Positions 9,280-18,900 of a stretch of 64,000 bases of DNA are shown in pieces. Under the pieces are notes generated by a model. That model ran no database searches and had not been told where the DNA came from. It saw only the letters and a program-made list of their open reading frames with translations. Position 1 is the first letter of the stretch; each line of letters starts with the position of its first letter. The translations under genes were made by a program, and so were the position numbers. Source of the DNA: a virus; the IMG/VR virus record IMGVR_UViG_3300030098_006570, positions 1-64,000 of that record; one strand, written 5' to 3'.

Positions 9280-9806
9280 CAATTAAGCGTTAGAGTACCG
9301 TTCTTGGTCTTTACGGAAACAACAAACCCTTTCACCAGCGTGTCGGCGGAGAAGAACGTATAGCGCAAGTCCTTGGATTCCTCAGCAGCCACTAAATCAC
9401 CCACGCGGATCTGAACCTGCGTAGAGATATCGCAGCGGCCACGCTTATAATCGTACTGCTCCGTCGAATACTCTAGAGAATACTCACCCTCATAGATGGT
9501 CTCCTGAAGTTTCTCTGTCAGATACTCATCAAACCACCCCTCGTAATCATAGTCTTCGAGCAGGCCGTTAAACCGCATCTCACTAAGAATATCATTACCC
9601 TGAGCAGGAGAACCCCAGCTGCTATAGACTGGAATTCCAGAGGCCAGCAATCCCGCCAATAGCGAAGCAGTTGAAGTCTCCGCCACACTATCATTGACAT
9701 AACTGTCAGTGCAATGCCATACATCATTGCCCTCAGTGTAACTCAACGTTACATAATCATCGTCCGCTACATTTAGTTCGCGAAGTGTATTCACAAAATC
9801 ACCCAT
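9279..9806 (-). CDS. Hypothetical protein
   Basis: 175 aa ORF with GGGAG SD; its stop overlaps the next start. Confidence 0.7.
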   Translation of the reverse strand: MGDFVNTLRELNVADDDYVTLSYTEGNDVWHCTDSYVNDSVAETSTASLLAGLLASGIPVYSSWGSPAQGNDILSEMRFNGLLEDYDYEGWFDEYLTEKLQETIYEGEYSLEYSTEQYDYKRGRCDISTQVQIRVGDLVAAEESKDLRYTFFSADTLVKGFVVSVKTKNGTLTLN

Positions 9807-9833
9807 TTTAAACTCCCTTTCTGTGTGATAAGT

Positions 9834-9865
9834 TGAGACCCCTGTATCCCCGGGCCTCCCTGCGG
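9834..9865 (-). repeat. Repeated 5'-UTR stem-loop element, copy 1
   Basis: CCGCAGGGAGGCCCGGGGATACAGGGGTCTCA; stem GAGGCCC/GGGTCTC. Confidence 0.75.
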
Positions 9866-9875
9866 ACGGTAGAGT

Positions 9876-10064
9876 CTACCTTGCGTTCTTAGTCTCTTGG
9901 ACCTCAACGCGAAGCTCCTGAGCCAGCGTCTTCACCTCTTGCATAGCCTTACGAACACGGGTTCCCGCAGCGTTGTTACCGCTGGCGAAAAACTTATCAT
10001 GATCCGTACGGGTTTCTTCAAGAAGCGTAATCAGCTGTTCAAGTCGATTCGTTGTAGTAGTCAT
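9876..10064 (-). CDS. Histone H1-like Hc1-family nucleoid protein
   Basis: KFFASGNNAAGTRVRKAMQEVKTLAQELR matches the Hc1-family core. Confidence 0.8.
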   Translation of the reverse strand: MTTTTNRLEQLITLLEETRTDHDKFFASGNNAAGTRVRKAMQEVKTLAQELRVEVQETKNAR

Positions 10065-10081
10065 AACTCTTCCTTTCTATT

Positions 10082-10114
10082 TGAGGCCCCTGATAACCCT
10101 GGGCCTCCCTGTGG
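10082..10114 (-). repeat. Repeated 5'-UTR stem-loop element, copy 2
   Basis: CCACAGGGAGGCCCAGGGTTATCAGGGGCCTCA. Confidence 0.8.
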
Positions 10115-10123
10115 GTCAAAAGT

Positions 10124-10327
10124 TTACTTCTTCTGAACGAAGGCGTAAAGCTTTTCAGCTTCACCAATCACATCTTCAGTCGTATAGGCTGCAACGGAGG
10201 TCCGCTGGTCTTCGGGCTTAAAATGTTCATTCTCAACTTGACGATTCGTACGATCCGCCACAATGCCAATTGCCATTCCTAGCAAATCGGTGCGGAGTTC
10301 GTATCCGCTCTTGTTAGTATCACTCAT
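10124..10327 (-). CDS. Small hypothetical phage protein
   Basis: 67 aa (GYELRTDLL...AEKLYAFV); AGGAG SD. Confidence 0.7.
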   Translation of the reverse strand: MSDTNKSGYELRTDLLGMAIGIVADRTNRQVENEHFKPEDQRTSVAAYTTEDVIGEAEKLYAFVQKK

Positions 10328-10355
10328 AATATTCTCCTTTGTGTGTGTATAAGTG

Positions 10356-10388
10356 TGAGGCCCCTGATAACCCTAGGCCTCCCTGTGG
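10356..10388 (-). repeat. Repeated 5'-UTR stem-loop element, copy 3
   Basis: CCACAGGGAGGCCTAGGGTTATCAGGGGCCTCA. Confidence 0.8.
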
Positions 10389-10508
10389 GGGGGATTTTTT
10401 CCCAGTCTTTTTTGAGCAAGCAGGATCTGCTCTTCAAGGTATCTTATCATTCTACGATAAGACTCAATCTCCTTAGAGAGGAGATCTTTCTCGCCCGATG
10501 ACGGCATC

Positions 10509-11279
10509 CTACAGGGCACCCAACTCTGCAAAGGCTGCATCAACAGCATTAGCATCGTCGCCCTTCTTGCCGTACTTCGTGGTCTCGCTGCTAACCGTTT
10601 CCGGGTCACTGACCTGGGAGTTAACAAAGTTATCAAGGATCGTCTGCACATCGGCAGTCGTCTTGCGCTCGAACAGTCCAGTGAAGTCTGGAATACTTTC
10701 GAGCAGATCGGCACACTTGTCAGGCGTCATGTCCTCGCAGAGGTTGGACGAACGCCGTCGAGGCACCAGCTTGGTCTGCGGGAAGGATGCTCCCGGGGGC
10801 TTGCCGTAGGTCAGCGTCAGGTCGGTGCCAGTCTCGGTATCGGTGATGTCACCGTACTCGGGGTTCAGGACCAGGGTCAGAAGGTTCTCATAAGCCATCT
10901 TGCCGTAGCCCCAGACACGCACACCCTTCTCTTCCTCGCCACGCACCATGACGGGACTGAAGAATCGCTGGCGAACGAAAAGGCTCTTGGCGGTCTTCTT
11001 ACTGTGCTCATCGTTGTTGTCAACGCCTTCGCGCCAAAGCTGCGAAGCAAACTCGCAAACGGGACAGTCGTCACTGTGGTTGCGCTTCGGGCACAAGAAG
11101 CCGCCCTTCTCAAGGTTGTAGTGGAACCACATCTCCTTGAAGGGATCGCCGTCTGGTGTCGGTACGATCCGAATGTCCTGGTCGCCGTCTTCGGGGCGCC
11201 AGAAAGTGTCATTTGAGGAGTTTCCTTCTCCGCGTAGCGACGAGAGCTTTTCCCTCATCTTGTCTAGATTGATACCCAT
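10509..11279 (-). CDS. Single-stranded DNA-binding protein (T4 gp32-like)
   Basis: FWRP, HY..CPK..CPVCE, YGDITD..G.D motifs; acidic C-terminus ending AFAELGAL. Confidence 0.8.
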   Translation of the reverse strand: MGINLDKMREKLSSLRGEGNSSNDTFWRPEDGDQDIRIVPTPDGDPFKEMWFHYNLEKGGFLCPKRNHSDDCPVCEFASQLWREGVDNNDEHSKKTAKSLFVRQRFFSPVMVRGEEEKGVRVWGYGKMAYENLLTLVLNPEYGDITDTETGTDLTLTYGKPPGASFPQTKLVPRRRSSNLCEDMTPDKCADLLESIPDFTGLFERKTTADVQTILDNFVNSQVSDPETVSSETTKYGKKGDDANAVDAAFAELGAL

Positions 11280-11338
11280 TTTTATTTCCTTTCTTGGGTT
11301 AGAGTATGACCGGCTAATCTCCCGATCATCTATATGTT

Positions 11339-11366
11339 ATTATAACAGGCTGTTTCTATATGTCAA
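11339..11366 (-). promoter_or_regulatory. sigma70-like promoter for SSB operon
   Basis: TTGACA-16nt-TATAAT with TG extension; TGTTAT-A-ATAACA palindrome over the -10. Confidence 0.7.
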
Positions 11367-12270
11367 GGACATTTTCGTCCTCATCGTATATAATTCCGGT
11401 CAGCTCTTCGAAGCGAGCGATCGTCTTATCACAGTAATCTTTATCAAATTCGCATCCTGTGAACGATCGTCCCGTATTGGCCGCGGCAATCATTGTGGAG
11501 CCGGAACCGACGAAGCAATCCATTACAACGTCGCCAGGATTAGTGTTGGCTTTGATAATGCGTTCGAGTAAAGCGATAGGCTTCTGCGTAGGGTGCCACC
11601 CCGCGTACTCCTTGGATGTGGTGTGGTTGTTTTTGGTCCACACATCTGTAGGAATCTTCCCTTTGGCAAATGCCACATTCTTCACCTGTTGGGCCACCAG
11701 TTCAGTAGCCAGTTCAGCGTCGGTCTTCTTATCATAACCATACTTATTCCAACTGTGCGTATCTTTGGCACTAAAGGTCGTCTTTGCGGCATGCTTCTTG
11801 AGAAGATTGATCTTGCGCTGGATGTTCATGTTGGTCTTCACAGCCCGGGGTACCCGGACATCATCAGCATTGAACAGAAAGTCTTTGCCCTTAGAGTACA
11901 TCAGAATATCCTCATGCTTGCGGGCAAACGTCTTCTTAGTTCGACCGCCCCAATCATAAGCCCAGATAATCCAGTTCTTATAGTGGGCCCCGTCGATGTT
12001 ATTAAGTACTTCAAGCTTATAGCGGAGCAGCGTGTCTTCTTTGGTGGTTCCCCACACATAGAAGCAACGGCCGGTCTTCAAAACTCGAAAGCACTCCTCG
12101 GTCCATTCTCGGCACCACTCAAGGTAAGCGTCCTGGTCCTTCCATTGGTTGTCCCATGCATCGGTGATGATCTCAAAGTAAGGCGGATCGACGCAAATCA
12201 AATCTACGGATTCGTCCTCCAGAGTCTTCAAATACTCCATGCAATCTTGATGTTTAAGTGTAATCCCCAT
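11356..12270 (-). CDS. Orphan DNA N6-A/N4-C methyltransferase (beta class)
   Basis: DPPY, HPTQKP and DCFVGSGST motifs. ATG 12270 overlaps the upstream TAA. Confidence 0.9.
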   Translation of the reverse strand: MGITLKHQDCMEYLKTLEDESVDLICVDPPYFEIITDAWDNQWKDQDAYLEWCREWTEECFRVLKTGRCFYVWGTTKEDTLLRYKLEVLNNIDGAHYKNWIIWAYDWGGRTKKTFARKHEDILMYSKGKDFLFNADDVRVPRAVKTNMNIQRKINLLKKHAAKTTFSAKDTHSWNKYGYDKKTDAELATELVAQQVKNVAFAKGKIPTDVWTKNNHTTSKEYAGWHPTQKPIALLERIIKANTNPGDVVMDCFVGSGSTMIAAANTGRSFTGCEFDKDYCDKTIARFEELTGIIYDEDENVLDI

Positions 12271-13106
12271 TACTTCTCCATTTCTAATGCTGTCTGAACC
12301 AGCGACGTATATTGAATACAATAACAATATTTTTGTTCGTAGTTAGTCTGAAAGACGCCGTAAGAGACGTTCACTTTTTCCTTAACTTTGGACTTCACAA
12401 ACTGTGTTATTTGCTTGAATAGTGAACCGTCCGTCCTCAAGTCTTCCTCACTAATACCATAGTAGTATACCATGTCCCGCGGCTGTGTCAAGTCATAAAA
12501 CCACTTCTCTTTCTGCTCCTCAAGATTGAGCACTCCAACGGTTGCAATTCGAGCTGTAGGAGCCGTAGCAATAAAGTTTCCTAAGACCGCTGTACTGTTG
12601 CGAAAAACATTGAGCATATGAAAGGTATTTACAATAGCTTGGTTAAGCACCTCAAAATACCCCATAATCGGAACCTCTCCAATTCCTTGCTCCAACATTG
12701 TATTGTCCAGAAGATACAGCATATCCACTCGGCCGCTGCGGGCATATTCCTGTAGCACATGGCGAGTGATACGCTCCTGCATTTGCTGCGTTTCGCTCAG
12801 CAGTTCTACATCGGGCTGGATGTACAAAACGCTGGTTCGGTGACCCCGTATTTGCTCTAAAAGACGCAGGGTTCCTCCCGAAATATCGCCCCCTCCGCAA
12901 AGTACCACATAGACATCCCCGTCTGCTAACGACAGCCGTCGCTTGAGCGACGGGAAGTTCGCATCATACTCCTCGTGAGAGGAGCGACTCTTAATGGTGA
13001 TATCGGCGGAGGAGCACGTATCAATCCCATAAGTGGTATACTGAGGGAACTTGGCAAAGGCCCGTGCAACGTTTACTCCAGCCTGTCCGAGGCCTATAAT
13101 GTTCAT
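12270..13106 (-). CDS. Divergent tubulin/FtsZ-superfamily protein (PhuZ/TubZ-like)
   Basis: N-terminal IIGLGQAGVNVA, GIDT, degenerate signature CGGGDISGG, LLDN...LNQAIV. Confidence 0.6.
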   Translation of the reverse strand: MNIIGLGQAGVNVARAFAKFPQYTTYGIDTCSSADITIKSRSSHEEYDANFPSLKRRLSLADGDVYVVLCGGGDISGGTLRLLEQIRGHRTSVLYIQPDVELLSETQQMQERITRHVLQEYARSGRVDMLYLLDNTMLEQGIGEVPIMGYFEVLNQAIVNTFHMLNVFRNSTAVLGNFIATAPTARIATVGVLNLEEQKEKWFYDLTQPRDMVYYYGISEEDLRTDGSLFKQITQFVKSKVKEKVNVSYGVFQTNYEQKYCYCIQYTSLVQTALEMEK

Positions 13107-13423
13107 TCTTCGTCCACCCACTCCAAAATATAACCCATCTCGAAGCCGCCACGATTGACATACTTCGCAGTTTGGGCGGCCTCCACACTACTCTGGTAGA
13201 TTCCCATACGCTGGCAAATAAAATTCAGGATCTCTATAATATCGGCGGCCTCTTCGGCACAAGGATTTTCAACAAATTCCATAACTTCCTCCTGAAGTTT
13301 TTTCATTGCATAGCCTCGAAGATCCTCAGCGTTGGGCTGAACCACACTGAAGGGTTTGCCGGCCTCTTCGATGACCTCCGGGATTCGATCTCGTACGAGC
13401 TTGTGGTATAAGATTTTTTTCAT
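13103..13423 (-). CDS. MazG-like / phosphoribosyl-ATP pyrophosphohydrolase-family NTP pyrophosphatase
   Basis: YHKLVRDRIPE...KLQEEVMEF...EEAADIIE...RGGF. Confidence 0.8.
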   Translation of the reverse strand: MKKILYHKLVRDRIPEVIEEAGKPFSVVQPNAEDLRGYAMKKLQEEVMEFVENPCAEEAADIIEILNFICQRMGIYQSSVEAAQTAKYVNRGGFEMGYILEWVDEE

Positions 13424-14607
13424 AGCCTCAACTCCTTCATGGCTCCGAGGTTCCTTCCCGCGGAGACATTAACCTTGAACATATCATAGCGGGTTCTCTT
13501 GAAGGTGTCAAGCAAATTTAATATTTCGTACCGATCCTCTTCGGCGAGGTCAATATATACAGCGTCGTGAATAAGAAATGCGATGTGGCTTTTTCTCCCC
13601 TTCAAAAGCTCATAGACTTTGTAAGCCTGCTCGTGCACCATATCAATTGTGGTGCTTTGAATGATGTAGTTGAGCGCTCTATGCTCATCCACATTCTCCA
13701 TTATTCTACCATAATCTGTCTTGATTTTGAAGCCATCCCAATACTTATTTCTAACAAAATTCTTAGTATACAGCTTCTCTAAGTCCTTGTTTTCATTGCT
13801 AGAATAGAGCCACGCAAAAGTCTTGACCTTGGCTTCTTCTCGCGTCAAAGCGCCCCCAAAAACGTTCTTCACATTCCAGTCATGAATGTCATTTTGGGGC
13901 TGTTGTTGGCCCGAGAGCGCCAACAATACTCGCAGCTCTGCCGCATTGAAATCCAGTTCTACAAGCCAGTCATTGTTCGGTTCTACGCAGGAACGAAATT
14001 CTTTACCCATAGTCAAAATCGGAAAACTCTTAGGATTAGCGGCCAAACGTCCCGTGACAGTACCCCAGGGATTATAATCGCATACGTGCCGCACAGTCTG
14101 CAGCCTTCGATGGAAGTTCTGCCCCTTAAGCGAACTTAGGAGATGCTTAATTGGGGCGATTTGCACGTTTAGTTGTCGGGCCCGAATGTCTGTCAGCATT
14201 TCAACTAAATTGTGAACATGTTGATAATTCTCTGGGCGCCCATAGGTATCGAGCACATGTTGGGTGATCCGATTTTTTGCCTCCAGATACTGATACAGGA
14301 AGTACTCGGGCACCAAATCATAGAAGCAGTTTTCTTCCATATTTATGGCTGCCGTGTTGAAGGCTTTGAGGCACGATTTGAGCGTCTTTTTGATCCTCTC
14401 CCAGTCTTCCTTCATATCCTCCGGGCAAACGTCTGTAATCGTTGCTCCGTGGCTGTAAATACGTGCTATCTCGTAGTTCTTGCCGAGCAAGTGGGGGGAA
14501 TAATCCCAAGTACTGCCCTCCAAAGGGAGGGCTCGCTCGGGGTTGATGACATTGTTAGCATAATAACCCACACAATCAGCTTTGGTATCTAAAACCTGAA
14601 AGAGCAT
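13420..14607 (-). CDS. Family A DNA polymerase, minimal polymerase domain only
   Basis: TVTGRL, motif A ELDFNAAELR, motif B REEAKVKTFAWLYS, ALNYIIQST, motif C IHDAVY. Confidence 0.8.
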   Translation of the reverse strand: MLFQVLDTKADCVGYYANNVINPERALPLEGSTWDYSPHLLGKNYEIARIYSHGATITDVCPEDMKEDWERIKKTLKSCLKAFNTAAINMEENCFYDLVPEYFLYQYLEAKNRITQHVLDTYGRPENYQHVHNLVEMLTDIRARQLNVQIAPIKHLLSSLKGQNFHRRLQTVRHVCDYNPWGTVTGRLAANPKSFPILTMGKEFRSCVEPNNDWLVELDFNAAELRVLLALSGQQQPQNDIHDWNVKNVFGGALTREEAKVKTFAWLYSSNENKDLEKLYTKNFVRNKYWDGFKIKTDYGRIMENVDEHRALNYIIQSTTIDMVHEQAYKVYELLKGRKSHIAFLIHDAVYIDLAEEDRYEILNLLDTFKRTRYDMFKVNVSAGRNLGAMKELRL

Positions 14608-14628
14608 GCGCCCTCTTTTCTTATAGTG

Positions 14629-15942
14629 CTAGATATAGCCCTTACGCTTAAGTGCGTCGTCTTCGGCGATGCGCTGCAAATTAGGAAAGGCAGTAAGAAT
14701 GTTCTGAACTGTATAGACATATTGGGAATAGACCTCATCCACATATTGTATCGCGTTTTCCAACGGTGTCAAGGAAGAATCGAGACGCGAGCGATAAAGC
14801 TCATAAGCCCGATGACGGACCGCTGCTTTGCTAACTTCCTCACTTACAATCTCAGTATGCCTGAGATCTATATATAAGTCAAGCATAAATTTATCCGTTA
14901 AGACTGCTGCGCGTTGGGAAGGAGAGTAAGCCGGACGCGAACGAGGGGTCGGTCGGCGCTCACACTCCCTTGCATTGCCCACACCTCCCACACTGAGGCG
15001 CGTCGCCGGCTGGTGTTCATAAAAGGGCTTATGATGAACCAACGTTCTGTAGGCCGCCTCGAAGGCGCCGTATAGGTAGCTTAGATCGCTACGCCAAGTA
15101 TGTGTGTAGAAGGCCTCAAAAAACGTGTCCCGGGTGACAGGCATGTTTGCACCCTCTTCAAAGAAGAATTCTAAATTCATATAAAATGCGGGACTATGGA
15201 CATCAGCCCACAAGATCCAGGGCGCATTGCGATCTACAATAAAACCAAATTTTTTAGCGGCTTTAGTATAAAAATCGTAATTCGGGTCGGAGAGATAGTT
15301 GACATATTTATAATTATCGTCCCCACAGTCCCCATCATCTATGCCAATGGCCATGGCGGTGGAAAAGGGAGTTACGCTGGGTGTCAGCAAAAAATTAGTC
15401 TGCGTGATGGGGTATGTTTGTACTGTTTCGAGCAGATGCTTCCGATAGTCGGCCGCAAAGGAGGCAAAGTCTATGACTTTAGCATCCTGCATAGGCGTAA
15501 AATTAGCATAATACACCTTCCAAATTCCCTCCAAAAATGCTTTATATTGTTGTACGGGGGGGGCATATGCGTGGTGGGCTTTAATATCGTAAAGCTTTGG
15601 ATTCCCGGCATCGCGAGCGACTCCCATGATATTAGCTTTGCGCATATGAGCAACGAATTTCTCAAAGGCGAACACCACGGGGGATAAAGCAAATAAATCG
15701 GAGCTTTGAGCGCTTGAAATGGACGCCAAGTTCGAGGGACTGGTGACAATGGTGCGCTGATTGGGATCTACTTTACCATATAACTGTTTGTTATAATAGA
15801 GGTCAATCGGAACGGCTCCAGAGCGCGGATATAGCCTCTCTTCGTAGAGGGAGCGTTGGTAATACATCGCGTATGACGACAAATTATTTGTGCCCGCGGG
15901 ATTGACTAGTTCATAGTCGGTATAGTCAAAACTTCCAGTCAT
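14629..15942 (-). CDS. Hypothetical protein (end of tail/baseplate operon)
   Basis: 437 aa ORF translationally coupled to the hub gene. Confidence 0.7.
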   Translation of the reverse strand: MTGSFDYTDYELVNPAGTNNLSSYAMYYQRSLYEERLYPRSGAVPIDLYYNKQLYGKVDPNQRTIVTSPSNLASISSAQSSDLFALSPVVFAFEKFVAHMRKANIMGVARDAGNPKLYDIKAHHAYAPPVQQYKAFLEGIWKVYYANFTPMQDAKVIDFASFAADYRKHLLETVQTYPITQTNFLLTPSVTPFSTAMAIGIDDGDCGDDNYKYVNYLSDPNYDFYTKAAKKFGFIVDRNAPWILWADVHSPAFYMNLEFFFEEGANMPVTRDTFFEAFYTHTWRSDLSYLYGAFEAAYRTLVHHKPFYEHQPATRLSVGGVGNARECERRPTPRSRPAYSPSQRAAVLTDKFMLDLYIDLRHTEIVSEEVSKAAVRHRAYELYRSRLDSSLTPLENAIQYVDEVYSQYVYTVQNILTAFPNLQRIAEDDALKRKGYI

Positions 15943-18900
15943 TAGTCGACTTCCCGTAGGTCCTCTAGAGCCTGTTCACCCGCCTGAAGGTCCTCCTTGC
16001 GGTTACTGAACCCCGTCACGGCGTCCTTGACCGCGAAGACAGCCCGGAGGCCGACATTGCGGACGATTCCCGTAGGGGTGACAGGTACACCCTTTACTGT
16101 GAGCCCCGAGGCGCCCTTGAGCAGTGCGCTCCGGACGGGATCGCCGTCGGAATTGAGGAAGCCGGCTTGTGCTTCGGCTACGCCAACTTCCGCTGCGGTC
16201 ATACTCTGTTGTGCTACTTCGTCCGGGGGGATGTCGGGTGCTACATAAAGGGGCGTGTCTTCCAAATCAGTGTCTAGAAGGCTCGGGCTCGTGGCTAATG
16301 TATTATCGCCAAAAGAAATCCCCTCTTGTAGGGCTCTAATATTCACATCATACCCACTATCGCTAATACTATGTTCCACCGATGTAACTAAATAATAACC
16401 ACTCACGCCAAGCAAACGGGCCAGTTTAGGATCCCCCATTACATAGGTAGGGTCGACATAAATATATTGGCCATTGCGATAGAGAGTGTTACCTACCAAA
16501 TCAATACTCACACTATACAGCTCCCTCAACTGCTCAGCCCCTAGGGCGCCCCTCTTTTGAATCTTAGCTTCCCGCAGGTAAGGCTGGTCTTCCCTCTGCA
16601 GCTGTATTTTCTTCACCAGACCACATGCGGACCCTACGTAGTGATGATAGATCCCATCGTCCAGATCAGCGTCAAAGTCTTTTGTACGGGATTTAGGCTT
16701 AGAATCTGTCGAATAGAGAACCATAGCCTCAAGGAGCTTTTTGGGGTTGATGGTGCCTTTCGCGGCCGCCTTCTTGCGTGCCAACGTCGGGAGAGAGACT
16801 GTGCTCCCCGCTTTGAGTCCCCGTTTTTCCACCGTTAGGGGCGCCACATCGAAACGCATGTCAAAGTTCACATCCGACCCAAAACAATCTCCCCGCAACG
16901 CATTGCTAATTAACTGAGCACAAATGTCTTTCACAAAGTGTAATACATAATATGTGTCGCGGCCGGGCTCAATAACATTGTCTTTGAACCAAACCTGAAA
17001 AGCATCCAATGAAATGGGCACATCGCCAATGTTGATAATCTCTTGAATCCGGTTGATGTTTCCGAAACGCAACGGGTCCGATTTGCGTAAGGCATCGATA
17101 AACAGGGCATCCTTGATATTAGAACTACAGAGCACTTCCTGTAGATTAGACATCTGGAATGCCAAGAGGGGATTTAGTAATTCCATTTCGGATAGGAAAA
17201 ACAAAAACGCGTCACCATCTGCATAGCCCGGCAAACCTTCTAGAATCTCGTCTAGGAAGTCTCCTAAATAAAAATAGGGGATAGTTACTGTGTCGGCATC
17301 AATCGCGAATTTATCAAACTTTTCTTTATTTTTTTTAGTCTGAGCCTCTATCGCGGTTTCTTCATCTCCACTTTTACTAGCCTCAGTGACTGCCTCCAAC
17401 AAAGTGGTGTCAAAAGTGGTCCGGTTATCATTGACGCCCGTCGCTAACCACCCCCGCTCAGCTTCGTTGGGTGAGGATCGCCTACGGGCGCGGGATGCAC
17501 GCTGGGAATCAGTCAAATCTTTCCATGGAGGTATGAGTAATTCGGCCGCATTAACATGAATGTTATAAATTTTACCACTGCCATAGAGCTTTTGAAGAAA
17601 CTTCTTATACTTGAACATGCGGCTTTGCACCTTAAGTTGCTCGATTTCAGACAAGAGTTCATCAATTTTTTCTTTTTTCTCCGCCTGAGCTTCCTCCGTA
17701 CCATCATCGGCCTGATTTTGAAGAGTATCAACCTTAGTTTGGTAGGTGCTGATTTCTTGCTCAAAAAACTTCTTATCAGTGGCGAGAATATTAGCCCGTT
17801 TACTAGTCAAAATACCTGATAACGCGGCCTGATAGTCTATCTCTAACTCTATAGACCCATCTTCTTTAAAATTGATCAAGTGGCGTGTTTGCTGGAGAAA
17901 CAAAGAAATTCGCGTGTCCTGCAGAGCATCTAAGAGTACCTCTCCGCGTTGGCGCCGGATTTCCTTACCCTTCTTGTCTACTCCAACTTTTATATATTCT
18001 AAAAAGCCGGGAAAGGCTGTGGCAAACTTCGGTGGCGCGGACCACCCCATTGTCGCTTTAATTCGAAAGCTTGCTCCGTCATAACGTTGTGTCACGTTGT
18101 CGCGCAAGACCGAACAATTTTTGGGGCGTGAATTAATACTATCATCCGTCGTGTTTTGGCTTACCACTTCGGAGGCCGCTGAGGAAATAATAAGATCGAG
18201 TGGTGATGGATCCTTTTGGCCGGCGGCAAGTTGGCCTTGAAAAAGGTCCTGAATGGTTTGGAAGTAAAAAGTAAGATGGGCAGATATATTATTGTCCACC
18301 TCGGCCGGCTGGACACCATCCAGGGACCACTTAAGGGATTTGATTCCATACCCTTGCATACGCCCACCTTGGGCGCCCAGGATGGCGTCAACATCGGTGG
18401 TATCGATAAAATTAGGAATCTTCAGTTCTTGCTGCCGTATTACTTTCGTAGGGTTCTCCTTATCGTAGTCCACCCGATAAATCTTAATATAGGGCGTGAG
18501 GAGCGCGTAGGCCTCGGGGCACAGATTCATCAACTCCCGTACCTGCACAGAGCGCCCCCCATGATTGATGCGCGAGATTGCAGTTCCGGGATTGTTATTC
18601 GTGTTGAGGCGCAAAAGATTTTTATACTTACTATTGCGGTGCTTGGACGACAGTGTGACTATATTTTCTATTAGGAAACATTGGAAATCAAAAGGCGTGA
18701 TGTTGGATATGGGGAAGGCCGGGGTGGGCGGAAGTGGCGAGAGTGCCGCAAGGACCGGGTCTTTCTTTCTCTCCGCAACGTCTACCGGAATATTTGCACA
18801 GAGAGAGTCAACAACGGCCTGATATACTTTTTGAGCTTCTTGTTGGACGAGGGCGTCATCGTAAAAGCCGGCGTTGGTGCAATACTGATACCAATACCAC

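Noticed and set aside
9834-10388. The three ~33-bp repeats as a CRISPR array
   Set aside because: The intervals are over 200 nt and each contains a whole gene with an SD; no cas genes are present.
12270-13106. Nucleus-forming (chimallin) phage inferred from the tubulin
   Set aside because: No chimallin or multisubunit RNA polymerase is recognisable here; head genes are T4-like and early promoters are host sigma70-type.
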